DNA of 64,000 nucleotides from an uncultured candidate division Zixibacteria bacterium (GCA_963702205.1 OY969724.1:1600001-1664000), one strand, 5' to 3'; positions 20,667 through 31,223 are shown, numbered from the stretch's first letter. Notes: generated from the sequence alone by a model not told the origin. Numbers and translations: made by a program.

Positions 20667-21737
20667 ATGGCTGAAGATCAATTTCAGGAAAGAACCGAAA
20701 AAGCAACGCCGCGAAAGCGGCGCAAAGCACGCGAAGAGGGACGGGTCGCCCGCTCCAATGAGCTCAATTCGGCCGTCATTCTTTGTCTGGGTGCTTTGGC
20801 TTTGTACCTGATCGGTCCCAGCATGATCAGCGGGCTGAAGTCATTCATGATTCAGTCGTTTACCGATGCCCCAAAAATAAGCGTGACCAATGATTCGCTG
20901 GCGGCGCTTCTCTCGAACCGGACGCTCTCGTTCTTTATGATATTGACCCCGTTTCTGGCGGTCCTGGCGGTCATAGCCTACGGCGTCAACGTCCTTCAGG
21001 TCGGGGTCATGTTCACGACCAAGCCGATGGAGCCTAAAGTCGATCGATTTAACCTCGCCAACGGTATCAAACGGATCATTTCGGTACGCTCGCTGGTGCA
21101 GCTCGTGCGTGACGTTGTCAAGCTGCTGTTGATCGGGCTGGTCGGGTATTGGGCGATTACCGGAAACCTGGATACGATTTACCATCTGTCGGATACGTCG
21201 ACCGAAGTTATCGCGACGGCAATCGGGCGTATCGCCCTGACGACGACGCTCCAGATCGGTGGTGTGATATTGCTGCTGGCGCTGTTCGACTATGCTTATC
21301 AGAAGTACGATTTCGAGAAAAATATCCGCATGTCCAAACAGGACATCCGCGAGGAAATGAAAGATACCGAGGGCAACCCGCAGATCAAGGCTCGGGTGCG
21401 TCAGCTGCAGCGCGAGATGTCACGCAAGCGCATGATGCGCGAAATTCCCGACGCCGATGTGGTTGTCACCAACCCGACTCATATAGCGGTGGCGCTCAAG
21501 TACAAACCGGAACTGATGGATGCCCCGCTGGTGGTTGCCAAAGGACAGCGGCTGATAGCGGAAAAGATCAAAGAAATCGCCAGGATGGCCGGCGTCCCGG
21601 TCGTGGAAAACAAGCCTCTGGCGAGGGCGCTTTTCAAAATGTGTGACATCGGCTCGCGAGTCCCGTCCGATCTGTATCGGGCCGTGGCCGAAGTGCTGGC
21701 GTACGTTTACAGACTCAAGGGTCATGAGGTTCAATGA
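20667..21737 (+). CDS. flhB: Flagellar export switch protein
   Basis: ERTEKATPRK; TNPTH autocleavage site; VVENKPLARAL. Confidence 0.98.
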   Translation: MAEDQFQERTEKATPRKRRKAREEGRVARSNELNSAVILCLGALALYLIGPSMISGLKSFMIQSFTDAPKISVTNDSLAALLSNRTLSFFMILTPFLAVLAVIAYGVNVLQVGVMFTTKPMEPKVDRFNLANGIKRIISVRSLVQLVRDVVKLLLIGLVGYWAITGNLDTIYHLSDTSTEVIATAIGRIALTTTLQIGGVILLLALFDYAYQKYDFEKNIRMSKQDIREEMKDTEGNPQIKARVRQLQREMSRKRMMREIPDADVVVTNPTHIAVALKYKPELMDAPLVVAKGQRLIAEKIKEIARMAGVPVVENKPLARALFKMCDIGSRVPSDLYRAVAEVLAYVYRLKGHEVQ

Positions 21738-23815
21738 TGGCAGACAATTCCGCCACATCTATTTTGGGTACGCTTAACAAGCGCAGCGATATCGTCCTGG
21801 CGCTGGGTGTTATCGGTATCATCGGCGTTCTGGTCATACCGGTCCCGCCGGGCTTTCTGGATTTCGCGCTGGCCTTCAATATCACCTTCTCGCTGGTGAT
21901 ACTGCTTTCAACTTTGTACATACGCAGCCCGCTCGATCTTTCGGTCTTCCCGGGCATGCTCTTGATAGTTACATTGATGCGTCTGGCGCTGAACGTAGCG
22001 TCGACCCGTCTGATATTGAGCACCGGTTACGCCGGTGAAGTAATCAACTCTTTCGGTAATTTTGTCGTCCGCGGCAATTACGTGGTCGGCTTTATTATCT
22101 TCGTCATCCTGGTCATCATACAATTTGTCGTCATCACGAAAGGCGCGGGAAGAATTTCCGAAGTGGCCGCCCGGTTTACTTTGGACGCCATGCCGGGCAA
22201 GCAGATGGCTATCGACGCCGACCTCAACGCCGGTCTGATCAACGACGAAGAAGCCAAGAAACGCCGTCAGGACATAGCCCATGAGGCGGATTTCTACGGT
22301 GCAATGGATGGTGCTTCCAAGTTCGTGCGCGGCGATGCCATCGCCGGTATTCTCATCACGATGATCAATATCATCGGCGGTATCGTCATCGGCATAATGA
22401 TGCAGGGGAAAACGGTCAGCGAGTCGCTGCACACGTACACCCTGTTGTCGGTCGGTGACGGTCTGGTCACCCAGATACCTGCCCTTATCGTGTCCACTGC
22501 AGCCGGTATTATCGTAACCCGCGCGGCCTCGGATGACAACATGGGCAGCGATTTAACCCGCCAGCTTCTCAAGCAGCCGCGCGCCATTATGATCGCGGCC
22601 GGGATGCTGGTCGCGTTCGGGGTCGTGCCCGGTATGCCGACCGTCCCGTTCATGCTCCTCGGGCTGGCGGTTGGCACGGTTGGATATTTGACCAACGAGA
22701 GCATGAAGAAACAGAAACAGGACGAAAAGAAAGAAAAGATCGCTAAAGATAATGCACCACTCGAGGAGCGCACCGAAGACCTTCTTAAGATAGATCAACT
22801 TGAACTCGAAATAGGCTATGGACTGATTCCCCTGGTTGATGAAAAACAGGGCGGTGATTTGCTCACACGGATATCGTCGATTCGCAAGCAAATGGCCGGG
22901 GATATGGGCATAATCGTCCCGCCGATACGAATCCGCGACAACATCCGGCTCAACCCCAATCAGTACCGCGTAAAAGTTAAAGGGATCGAAGTGGCCCGCT
23001 TTGAACTCATGCCGGACCATGTGCTGGCCATTAATCCCGGAAATATAGATGAAAGCATCGACGGTTTCGACGCGGTCGAACCGGCTTTCCAGCTTAAGGC
23101 TCGCTGGATAATCGCCGACCTCAAGGACATCGCCGAGGGTCAGGGATACACCGTGGTCGAACCGAGCGCGGTCGTGGCGACCCACTTGACCGAACTGATC
23201 AGGTCCCATTCGGCCGAGCTCTTGAGCCGTCAGGATGTATCGCATCTTATCGATACGCTTAAGGAAGACTATCCGTCGCTGGTGGTCGATATCGTCCCCA
23301 ACGTCGTTCCGCTTTCGGTCGTGCAGAAAGTATTGCAGGCGCTTCTGTCCGAACGCATACCGATTCGCAACCTGCCGACCATAATGGAGGCGATTTCGGA
23401 TTATTACCAGGCTACCAAAGAACCGGAAATCCTGGCGGAGTACGTCCGCATGTCGCTCAAGCGGCAGATCACCAATATGTACCGCGATCAGAACAATCGC
23501 ATTACCGTCTTTACCATAGACCCGACCATCGAACAGACCCTGACCGATTCGGTGCAAAACACCAAGCAGGGTCTGATGTTCATAACCGATCCCGCTTTTT
23601 CGGAAAAACTCGTGAAACGAGTCGGCAAAGCGATCGACAAACTGTCCATCGCGGGACTGACGCCGGTTTGCCTGTGCTCGCCCAACATAAGGCTGGCCAT
23701 GAAACGCCTGACCGAAGCGGCGCACCCGCAGCTGGTCGTGCTGTCTTACAACGAAGTAACCAATGACGTGGAAATTCTGTCCAACGACGTCGTGAGGTTG
23801 GAAGATGATAATTAA
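21734..23815 (+). CDS. flhA: Flagellar export gate protein
   Basis: RLALNVASTR, EVAARFTLDAMPGKQMAIDADLNAG, FYGAMDGASKFVRGD. Confidence 0.99.
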   Translation: MMADNSATSILGTLNKRSDIVLALGVIGIIGVLVIPVPPGFLDFALAFNITFSLVILLSTLYIRSPLDLSVFPGMLLIVTLMRLALNVASTRLILSTGYAGEVINSFGNFVVRGNYVVGFIIFVILVIIQFVVITKGAGRISEVAARFTLDAMPGKQMAIDADLNAGLINDEEAKKRRQDIAHEADFYGAMDGASKFVRGDAIAGILITMINIIGGIVIGIMMQGKTVSESLHTYTLLSVGDGLVTQIPALIVSTAAGIIVTRAASDDNMGSDLTRQLLKQPRAIMIAAGMLVAFGVVPGMPTVPFMLLGLAVGTVGYLTNESMKKQKQDEKKEKIAKDNAPLEERTEDLLKIDQLELEIGYGLIPLVDEKQGGDLLTRISSIRKQMAGDMGIIVPPIRIRDNIRLNPNQYRVKVKGIEVARFELMPDHVLAINPGNIDESIDGFDAVEPAFQLKARWIIADLKDIAEGQGYTVVEPSAVVATHLTELIRSHSAELLSRQDVSHLIDTLKEDYPSLVVDIVPNVVPLSVVQKVLQALLSERIPIRNLPTIMEAISDYYQATKEPEILAEYVRMSLKRQITNMYRDQNNRITVFTIDPTIEQTLTDSVQNTKQGLMFITDPAFSEKLVKRVGKAIDKLSIAGLTPVCLCSPNIRLAMKRLTEAAHPQLVVLSYNEVTNDVEILSNDVVRLEDDN

Positions 23816-24878
23816 GTCGTACGTAGAAAATACCGCCGCGGCGGCCTTGAAAAAAATCCGCGAAGAGATGGGCGAACAGGCCCTGATCCTGCACACGCGG
23901 CACATTCGCAATGGCCGTGCCAGCCGCAAAATTGAAGTCACGGCGTGCATCGATGAGGCGCTCGTGCCGTCGCTGAAATCACTGATCAATCCCGAAGCGG
24001 CGACCACCGATGATATTGTGCCGCGCGGAGTTGAATCAGAGCGGGTTTCCGAAGGACCGATTCCTGAAATTGATAATATTATCGCTCCATCATCATCCGT
24101 GATCGAAACCGTTCCGTCGAGGCTGCGCAATGTGCACGACAGGCTAATGGACTTTGATGTTCCTTCGGAACAGGCCGAAATACTTCTCGCCGAAGTACGA
24201 AACATCGAAGATGTCGATCAGATTACGAATAGTGCGATTCATAATGCATTAAAGACTTCGATTGCAAAACTTATTAACGATAAAGTCTCGATTCCGGCCG
24301 GGTCAAAAGTCATGTTCATCGGGACCAGCGGAGCCGGAAAGACTTCAACCCTGGCCAAAATGGCGGCCGAACTGACGGCTTTTCGACGGACCAAAGTCCG
24401 CCTGACCAGCTTCGACACGCAGAAAATATCGGCTCATGAAGAAGTCGGCGGTTATGCCGATCTGCTCGACGCCCCGTACGAAGTCAATCCGCAAAAAGAA
24501 CTTAAAGCCGCGAAAAACGAAGTCGTCCTGATCGATACGCCGTCGCTGTCGTACAGTGCAAATGGAATCGCCTCTGTGCAAAGTTTGATCAATCTGGCCC
24601 GACCTAATCTCGTTTTCATGGTTTTGTCCGTATGTAATCGGGCAAAGGATTTAATCGAATTCAAAGAGGGGATTCAAACCGTACAACCGGACCTGCTGAT
24701 CGCCACGCATCTGGATGAAACCCGAAGATGGGGCGGCATGCTGGCTGCGGCCGTGGCGACCGGTATCCCTCTGGCATTTGTAACCAATTCACCCGGGGGT
24801 GTGGGGGAACTGCACGTCCCGGAACCGGAAAAGGTTATCGCGAAAATGATGAACGGCGGTGAAACCCGGCATGAATAA
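23805..24878 (+). CDS. flhF: SRP-family GTPase FlhF (divergent G3/G4)
   Basis: ALKKIREEMGEQALIL N-terminus; GTSGAGKTST; between flhA and flhG. Confidence 0.88.
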   Translation: MIIKSYVENTAAAALKKIREEMGEQALILHTRHIRNGRASRKIEVTACIDEALVPSLKSLINPEAATTDDIVPRGVESERVSEGPIPEIDNIIAPSSSVIETVPSRLRNVHDRLMDFDVPSEQAEILLAEVRNIEDVDQITNSAIHNALKTSIAKLINDKVSIPAGSKVMFIGTSGAGKTSTLAKMAAELTAFRRTKVRLTSFDTQKISAHEEVGGYADLLDAPYEVNPQKELKAAKNEVVLIDTPSLSYSANGIASVQSLINLARPNLVFMVLSVCNRAKDLIEFKEGIQTVQPDLLIATHLDETRRWGGMLAAAVATGIPLAFVTNSPGGVGELHVPEPEKVIAKMMNGGETRHE

Positions 24879-25735
24879 AAACGCCTCCAAAATCAATCGC
24901 ATGAATATCTCGCCAAAGATACAGCCGGTAGTAATTTCCGTACTATCGGGTAAAGGCGGGGTCGGCAAATCGACGACGGCTTACTATCTGGCGCAAGTCC
25001 TGTCCGAGCACGGACGCGTCATGCTCGCCGATGCCGATCTGTTGTTCGGCGACCTGCATATCATCGCCAATGTTATTCCCCAATGCACTATTAATAGATA
25101 TCTGCTCGATGAAAATGCCTTCCGCGAACCGGCCGTCGTAAACGACAACCTGCACTTGCTGGCGTCGCCGTCGACGTCGGGTGGTGAGCTCGATGTCAAC
25201 GTCGCGGGCATTGCCGAGGATTTGGCGCGTCTGCCGGAAATGTGCGCGGAGTACCGATTACTTGATTTTGGATACCCCCTCGGGTGTTATCGACATAATC
25301 GCTGCCGCCGCCGCCGTCTCGGACATTCGTCTGATTTCGGTCATGCCGGATCTGACGGCCATATCCGATGGCTATGGACTTTTAAAATACCTGAAAATTC
25401 TTGGAATAAACGGGCCGCATTATCTTCTGCCCAATCGTTGTCGGAACGAAGAGGAAGCCTTATTCATATATTCCGAATTCGCCGAGATATGCAGGAGATT
25501 CCTTAAAATCAGGCCCGAGTGTCTCGGTTATGTTTATGAAAATCATTACCTTGCGGCAAGGCTGCGGCCTTTTGAGAAAGACGCCGATTTACGGCGTTTT
25601 TCGACGATCTCAGAAGAATTCAAAGACCTGGCCCGGGCCATTCTTGCCATAAAGCCAAAACCACGCAATACAAATTCATTTAACCGTTCGCAGACCGTTA
25701 ACACAAGCCGGTTTGCGACCGATATAAAAGGATAG
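24871..25735 (+). CDS. flhG: MinD-like ATPase FlhG/FleN, split by one frameshift near 25254
   Basis: SGKGGVGKST, DADL in one frame; YDYLILDTPSG, PDLTAISDGY in the other; removing one C at GAGTACCGAT restores it. Confidence 0.85.
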
Positions 25736-25742
25736 CACTCTT

Positions 25743-26624
25743 ATGGTTAGCACGCTTAAAAGACGATCCGGGAGTGATAAGCCAGCCGCCACAAAGCTGG
25801 AGCGAATTTCGGTTTACAAAGAAAATACCACGCGTAAGACAACCAGGACCAAAAAACCGCTCGACGTATCGCTGGATTGGCTGCGTTATCAAAGAAGTCA
25901 ATGCCCGGAGGTTCGGGCCCGGCTTCTTAAAAAGTACCTTCCGCTGGTGCGAAACGTAGCCGGACGCATGGCTATTGGTTTCCCGAGGTCGGTGGAACTC
26001 TCCGACCTGATTAACACCGGGGTTATCGGTCTGGTCGAGGCCTTCGCCAATTTCGACCCGGACCGGGGCGTGAAATTTGAAACGTACGCCGTCCCGAGAA
26101 TCAGAGGAGCCATCCTGGATGAACTGCGCGCTTTGGATTGGGTGCCGCGTTCGGCGCGCGCCCGTTCCCGTGAAATAGAACGAGCCGTCAATTCTCTTGA
26201 AAACGACCATGGTCGTCAACCGTCCAACGTCGAGCTGGCCGAAAAACTTGGATTTACGATGGCTGAACTTATGTCGGCCATCGGAGATATCTGTAACTCG
26301 TCGCTGCTATCGCTGGACGAAACGGTATATCGCGAGGAGGATAACCACCAGGTGCCCAGAATAGAAACCGTCAGCGATGCGAATCATCCGTCGGCATTGG
26401 GCGACGTCGAGAAGCTGGAAATGCGGGCGTTCTTGACCACCGCCATCGACCGACTGACCGAACAGGAGAAGCTGGTCATCGCCTTGTACTATTTCGAAGA
26501 GCTGACTCTTAAGGAGATCGGTGAGGTGATGTCAATATCCGAATCCCGGGTATCGCAGATACACACCAAGGCGGTGCTGAAACTTCGCGGCATGGTCAGG
26601 GAGAAATTCGCGCTGACCGCGTAA
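25743..26624 (+). CDS. fliA: RNA polymerase sigma-28 factor
   Basis: FETYAVPRIRGAILDELRALDWVPRS; LYYFEELTLKEIG..ESRVSQIH. Confidence 0.97.
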   Translation: MVSTLKRRSGSDKPAATKLERISVYKENTTRKTTRTKKPLDVSLDWLRYQRSQCPEVRARLLKKYLPLVRNVAGRMAIGFPRSVELSDLINTGVIGLVEAFANFDPDRGVKFETYAVPRIRGAILDELRALDWVPRSARARSREIERAVNSLENDHGRQPSNVELAEKLGFTMAELMSAIGDICNSSLLSLDETVYREEDNHQVPRIETVSDANHPSALGDVEKLEMRAFLTTAIDRLTEQEKLVIALYYFEELTLKEIGEVMSISESRVSQIHTKAVLKLRGMVREKFALTA

Positions 26625-26635
26625 GGGAAAAAGTT

Positions 26636-26935
26636 ATGGTAGACCCGGCCTACATTGCGGACACCATCTCAAAGACGGAACTGGTGCGCAAGCTGAAACA
26701 GGAAAGGAAAGCGGCTCCCGAAATGGAGCAGCGCCTGATTCAGGATGAAGTCCACCGGAAAACCACCGACGACGCCGCGCGGGCCAAGGAAGCGGGCAAA
26801 AGCGACCTGCTCGTCATAAGCGAAGAAGGCCGGGAAAAGCACAGGAAGAAGATGCCGAAAAGGGAAAAGCCCGAAACCGAAGAGGAAAGCCCCGACCAGG
26901 ATACACCGGAGCAGCATCTCGATATAGAAGTGTAA
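26636..26935 (+). CDS. Small charged flagellar-locus hypothetical protein
   Basis: RBS, in operon; ends HLDIEV. Confidence 0.65.
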   Translation: MVDPAYIADTISKTELVRKLKQERKAAPEMEQRLIQDEVHRKTTDDAARAKEAGKSDLLVISEEGREKHRKKMPKREKPETEEESPDQDTPEQHLDIEV

Positions 26936-26967
26936 ACAATTGCTTGAATAGAGAATAAGGAGGATTC

Positions 26968-27417
26968 ATGGAAATAGGAATTTCACAGGATGCGTTGATC
27001 GATATCGGATTGAACGCGGCCGGATTTTTCATCGGCGGCATGATTATCATGCTGATCGGCAGTTTCTGGAAATCACGCCGGGCGACGGTCGGGATTTCTT
27101 CGGGAGCGACGGCCGTGATAACCGAGCCGGTTCCGTCGACACCCAAAGAGAAAGTGCATCGTGCGGAAAGATCCGATTTCAATGGCGAATTCGTCAATTT
27201 CAACAATATGAACTGGCAAAGTGAAAAAACACAGCCGACGACCAGGACCGAATCAGCAGGTCCGGCCCGCGATCGTCAGCAAGTCATAAAGATGGCCCGG
27301 CAAATGCTGGCCGAAAAAAGAGATGAAAGCGAATTAAGAGCAGACCTGCCTGTAACCGACGGGGAACTCGCATACGCCAAATACCTCGAAAAACTTACCA
27401 ATGCGGGGAGGAAATAG
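26968..27417 (+). CDS. Single-TM hypothetical protein
   Basis: AGGAGG RBS; N-terminal TM; short helical C-terminal domain. Confidence 0.65.
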   Translation: MEIGISQDALIDIGLNAAGFFIGGMIIMLIGSFWKSRRATVGISSGATAVITEPVPSTPKEKVHRAERSDFNGEFVNFNNMNWQSEKTQPTTRTESAGPARDRQQVIKMARQMLAEKRDESELRADLPVTDGELAYAKYLEKLTNAGRK

Positions 27418-27419
27418 TA

Positions 27420-28595
27420 ATGACGCAGGAATCACCATTTTTCCTGACCAGGGTGGAATGCCCCATCTGCAAAACAATAAACGAGTACGAGACCATTAAA
27501 GTGGGTGCCTATACCGAGCGCGATCGTGATACCGACTTTCGTCCGACCGATCGCACATGGCGTAATCCCCGCTATCAGGCTTATGACCCGCTGCTTTACT
27601 TTACTGCGACCTGTTCCAACTGCCTTTATACCCGGGAATTTACCCAGAAGTACAAAGACTGGAAGAATGATTCGTACTTCAAGACGTATCGCCTTAAAGT
27701 CGTCAAGCAAAAGCACCTGGAACTACTGGCCGGGTCCGATTCGGCCGTAAAGATGATCGGCCAGATGCTTGATCCCGTTCGTTACCCGAGCGAGACGGCC
27801 GTCCTGAAACTGATCCTGGCCGTGATCGATGAAAATTTCAATGACAAACAAAACGATCTGGACCTCGGGCGCTTTTATCTTCGCATCGGCTGGCTCTTCC
27901 GGGGATTGAACGAAGGCGTCGATCCCAACGAGGCGAGCCTGAAAGGTCATTTGCTCGATATAAGTAAAAGGCTTAGCGGGCTGCGCGGGACTCTCGAAGG
28001 ATTCAATACTCAGATTGAACAGGTGAAAAACGCCCTGCAGCTGCAGGTCAACGACGATCGCTTCTCGACCGAAGTCAAGTCTCAGTTGATGCCGCTCAAG
28101 GATAAGTACGACACCGAACTGGATGATATCCTCGAAACAACAAAGCGGCTCGAACAACGTCTCACCGGCCTAAACGACGTTTCCGGCGAATGCCTTCCGA
28201 CCGTCGCGAAAGATTCGTCGGGGCCGGGCTATTTCAGCTATGCCGAATTTTCCGATTTCCTGGGCGAACTTTCCCGCAAGACGGAAGGAATTCCGGTCAA
28301 TGAAAAACAGGCGCTGACGCTCGCCGTCGATTATTACAAGAAAGCCTTCAAGAACGGCAAAGAAATTGGCAAAGGCAATCAGCAGATTCAGGCGTCATAC
28401 CTGATTGCGGAACTGTCGCGGCGCATCGGGGCTTTCGAGCAGGCCAAGGAATATTTCAATACGACTATTCGGGCGGGGCAGGAATTCGTCTATCGCCACC
28501 GCAACGATCAGAGCCGTACCGCCATGGCACGGAAAATTCTTGAACTGGCCATCGAACAAGGACGGGATAATTTATCCCACGCGCAAAACGGATAG
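27420..28595 (+). CDS. DUF2225-like protein (two CxxC, TPR-like) with coiled-coil insert
   Basis: VECPIC...DTDFRP...PLLY...CSNCLY; YLRIGWLFR; YLIAELSRRIG.FEQA. Confidence 0.75.
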   Translation: MTQESPFFLTRVECPICKTINEYETIKVGAYTERDRDTDFRPTDRTWRNPRYQAYDPLLYFTATCSNCLYTREFTQKYKDWKNDSYFKTYRLKVVKQKHLELLAGSDSAVKMIGQMLDPVRYPSETAVLKLILAVIDENFNDKQNDLDLGRFYLRIGWLFRGLNEGVDPNEASLKGHLLDISKRLSGLRGTLEGFNTQIEQVKNALQLQVNDDRFSTEVKSQLMPLKDKYDTELDDILETTKRLEQRLTGLNDVSGECLPTVAKDSSGPGYFSYAEFSDFLGELSRKTEGIPVNEKQALTLAVDYYKKAFKNGKEIGKGNQQIQASYLIAELSRRIGAFEQAKEYFNTTIRAGQEFVYRHRNDQSRTAMARKILELAIEQGRDNLSHAQNG

Positions 28596-28601
28596 GTTTT
28601 A

Positions 28602-29339
28602 ATGCTGACTAAACAAAGTGCTCCCCATATCGAACTCTGGGAAAAGGTCGAACTGGTATCCGAAGAGGACCCCACGGGTGTTTTCTACCGGTCCCGGGTC
28701 GAGGACTTTACGCCCGACGGTATCGTCATCGCTCGCCCGGTTTTTTCCGGAGGCGACGGGCAGCTTTTGACCACGAAATCCCACGTTTACGTTCGCTTTC
28801 TGCGCACCGACGCCATGTATCAATTTTCCGCCCGGATGAAAACTATCGAAGAAGCTTCGGGCAGGAAAGTCCTGCTGTACGACGTCGGCGAACGGAAGCG
28901 GGTGCAAAGGCGGGAATTCGTGCGGGTCCGTTTCGATCTGGATCTGGAATATGCCCTTTTGTCAGATAATAATTGGGATATCGAAACCCTCGAATGGAAA
29001 TCATCGAATACGATTGATATTTCCGCGGGCGGTCTTCTGATGAGTGTCGACGATACTGTGCGGGAAGATGACCGGTTTTTGCTCGATATCGACCGGGCTC
29101 GTCATACGGGTCTGCCGCGAATGATAACCGCGATTTGCTGCCGCGTTATTCACATGAATAATAACTTTCTGGCCGGTGTGATGCTTATCCGGAAGAGAGA
29201 TTTAGTGAAATTTTTCTCTCCCGAACAGATTGAACGCCTCCCGGAACCGGCCCGGCAATTCGATGCCTTGGCTCAGAACAAACTGAGCAAATTCGTCTTT
29301 GACGAACAAATTCACAAACGTCAGATGGGCAAATTATGA
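28602..29339 (+). CDS. YcgR-like flagellar brake / PilZ protein
   Basis: YRSRVED N-domain; QRREFVR (RxxxR) and DISAGG (DxSxxG). Confidence 0.88.
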   Translation: MLTKQSAPHIELWEKVELVSEEDPTGVFYRSRVEDFTPDGIVIARPVFSGGDGQLLTTKSHVYVRFLRTDAMYQFSARMKTIEEASGRKVLLYDVGERKRVQRREFVRVRFDLDLEYALLSDNNWDIETLEWKSSNTIDISAGGLLMSVDDTVREDDRFLLDIDRARHTGLPRMITAICCRVIHMNNNFLAGVMLIRKRDLVKFFSPEQIERLPEPARQFDALAQNKLSKFVFDEQIHKRQMGKL

Positions 29340-30091
29340 CACAGGACGAAAAAGTAAAATTACGCAAGGATGGCGTAAATTTCTCGGACCTGGTTGGCCG
29401 GGAAATCCGCTTGAGAACCGAGCAGTTTCAAAATAAAGTTCTGAAAACCAGAGTTCTGGCCATTAGTGACAACAGCTTCGTAATCGACAGGTCCGGTTCG
29501 TCGGGTTTGGTGGATCAGCTTATTCCCAATCAGAAAGTTGAAGTGGAATTCACATACAAAGGCCAATTGGCTGGCTTTGACGCCAAAATAGTCAGCCCGC
29601 ATGAGGGGCGCATTGTCATTCCGATAGCCGGGGAAATAGTCCCCAAAAACGACCGTCAGTTTGCCCGCTACCGCCTGGAAAACGAAGTGCAACTGGCCTT
29701 GTTCGACGAGCACAATATATCGGCGGCACGATTGAACAAACTCAAATGGCTCAAGACAAGCACAACCAATCTTTCCGGCGGCGGCATGCTGGTCATAATA
29801 CCCGGAATAATATCGAACGATTGTTATATGATTCTTCACCTGCCGTTAAACGGCATTGATCTTCCCAAACTGATAGTCGGCCGCACCCGATATTTCCTTC
29901 CCGGACAGGCGGGGAAAAATCAGGTGGGGGTGGAATTTATCACCAAAGAAGATCGGCAGACAAAACTGCCCAGGACCATTATCCGCAACCTGCCGGAAAA
30001 ACTGTTTGAATATGACGCCGGATGGCGCCGGAAACTCTCCCGGCATCTGGCGGTACTTCTGGAAAACAAGAAACAAGGAGAAATAGGATGA
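29336..30091 (+). CDS. Second YcgR-like PilZ protein
   Basis: DRQFAR and NLSGGG; GVEFI. Confidence 0.8.
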   Translation: MTQDEKVKLRKDGVNFSDLVGREIRLRTEQFQNKVLKTRVLAISDNSFVIDRSGSSGLVDQLIPNQKVEVEFTYKGQLAGFDAKIVSPHEGRIVIPIAGEIVPKNDRQFARYRLENEVQLALFDEHNISAARLNKLKWLKTSTTNLSGGGMLVIIPGIISNDCYMILHLPLNGIDLPKLIVGRTRYFLPGQAGKNQVGVEFITKEDRQTKLPRTIIRNLPEKLFEYDAGWRRKLSRHLAVLLENKKQGEIG

Positions 30092-30624
30092 CAAAGAACC
30101 GTACCAAATTCATTTCGGAAGTTACGACCGACGAAAGCGTTGTCAAAGTCAAAGCGCCGTTCAAGCTTTACAAAGACAAATCGCGGCAATATATCCGGCT
30201 CGAAATTTCTGAGGCCGTCAACTATTCGATACTGAAGGATTCCGAAAACCAGCCGGTTCCCGAATCTGAACGTCCCGAATACGACGGGTTGATTCTCAAT
30301 TTGTCGCCCGGCGGAGCGCTTATCGAAAGCGACCATCCGACCGAGGACGGTGCCCTGCTGCTTTTGAAACTGTCGCTGCAGGAAATCGAGACGCTCGAAA
30401 ACGTCGTCGGACTGGTAAAACGCTGCGAACCGCTGGAAGGCAAGTGGATGATCGGCGTGGAATTCGTCAGTCAGCGATATTTGCACGACTCCCTGTCCGC
30501 GGCGCAAATTGAACTTATTCCCGGCGGGTCGCTCTCGTTTGAAGAAAAAATCCAGACCGTGCTGGGCCGGTATGTTTTTCAAAAGCGGATCCCGGTGAAT
30601 GTGAATCAAAATGAAAACGAATAA
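30088..30624 (+). CDS. Stand-alone PilZ-domain protein
   Basis: SRQYIR and NLSPGG; IGVEF; ATG at 30088 overlaps upstream stop. Confidence 0.8.
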   Translation: MTKNRTKFISEVTTDESVVKVKAPFKLYKDKSRQYIRLEISEAVNYSILKDSENQPVPESERPEYDGLILNLSPGGALIESDHPTEDGALLLLKLSLQEIETLENVVGLVKRCEPLEGKWMIGVEFVSQRYLHDSLSAAQIELIPGGSLSFEEKIQTVLGRYVFQKRIPVNVNQNENE

Positions 30625-31222
30625 TATAATTATAATCGTTATCGGGCTGATTGTTGGTTTGGCCATATCGGTTCAGGCCGAAAACAAGATAGTCGTCAAT
30701 GTCAATCTGCCCGAATGCCCGTACTACGATTCACATTTGGATACCAAACTGTACGATTACCTTTCCATGATCGATCGTGCCGAAATAACTTACCCCGACA
30801 GCGCCCAGAAAGTACGCCTTTCCGACCAGAAGGCGCTCCTCTTCGATGACGTCGTGAAGATCGGCGAGGAGTGTCAGGGAAGGTACCTGATCGATATCGA
30901 TATCGACCGGATCGACGTTGAAAAACGGAAAATCACCGTCATTCCTCTGGTGATCTTTCGCTATCGCGTTTACGGGGTAATGACAGGCAGATTAAAGATA
31001 ATCGACGTTGCGCGCAAAAAAGTAATTGAAACGCGCGATATCGATTATGAAATCAAAGCCTCCGACCAATGGCAGGTGTACGATGACGATCCCGATTATC
31101 CGGCGCTGCTTATTCCGGCCGATCGACGGATCGAACTGCTCGATCGTGTCGATGACAAAGCCGCCGAAAATCTGTTTGAGGAAATCAAGAAGATGACGCG
31201 GGGAGTGTACAGCCGAGGATAA
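30611..31222 (+). CDS. Secreted hypothetical protein
   Basis: Signal peptide ending VQA; overlaps upstream gene. Confidence 0.65.
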   Translation: MKTNNIIIIVIGLIVGLAISVQAENKIVVNVNLPECPYYDSHLDTKLYDYLSMIDRAEITYPDSAQKVRLSDQKALLFDDVVKIGEECQGRYLIDIDIDRIDVEKRKITVIPLVIFRYRVYGVMTGRLKIIDVARKKVIETRDIDYEIKASDQWQVYDDDPDYPALLIPADRRIELLDRVDDKAAENLFEEIKKMTRGVYSRG

Positions 31223-31223
31223 T

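Noticed and set aside
22553..24205. 550-aa minus-strand ORF
   Set aside because: Antisense to flhA/flhF; no recognisable domain.
24871..25735. Programmed frameshifting or phase variation in flhG
   Set aside because: No slippery heptamer or homopolymer at the break; a GTAC-linked error is simpler.
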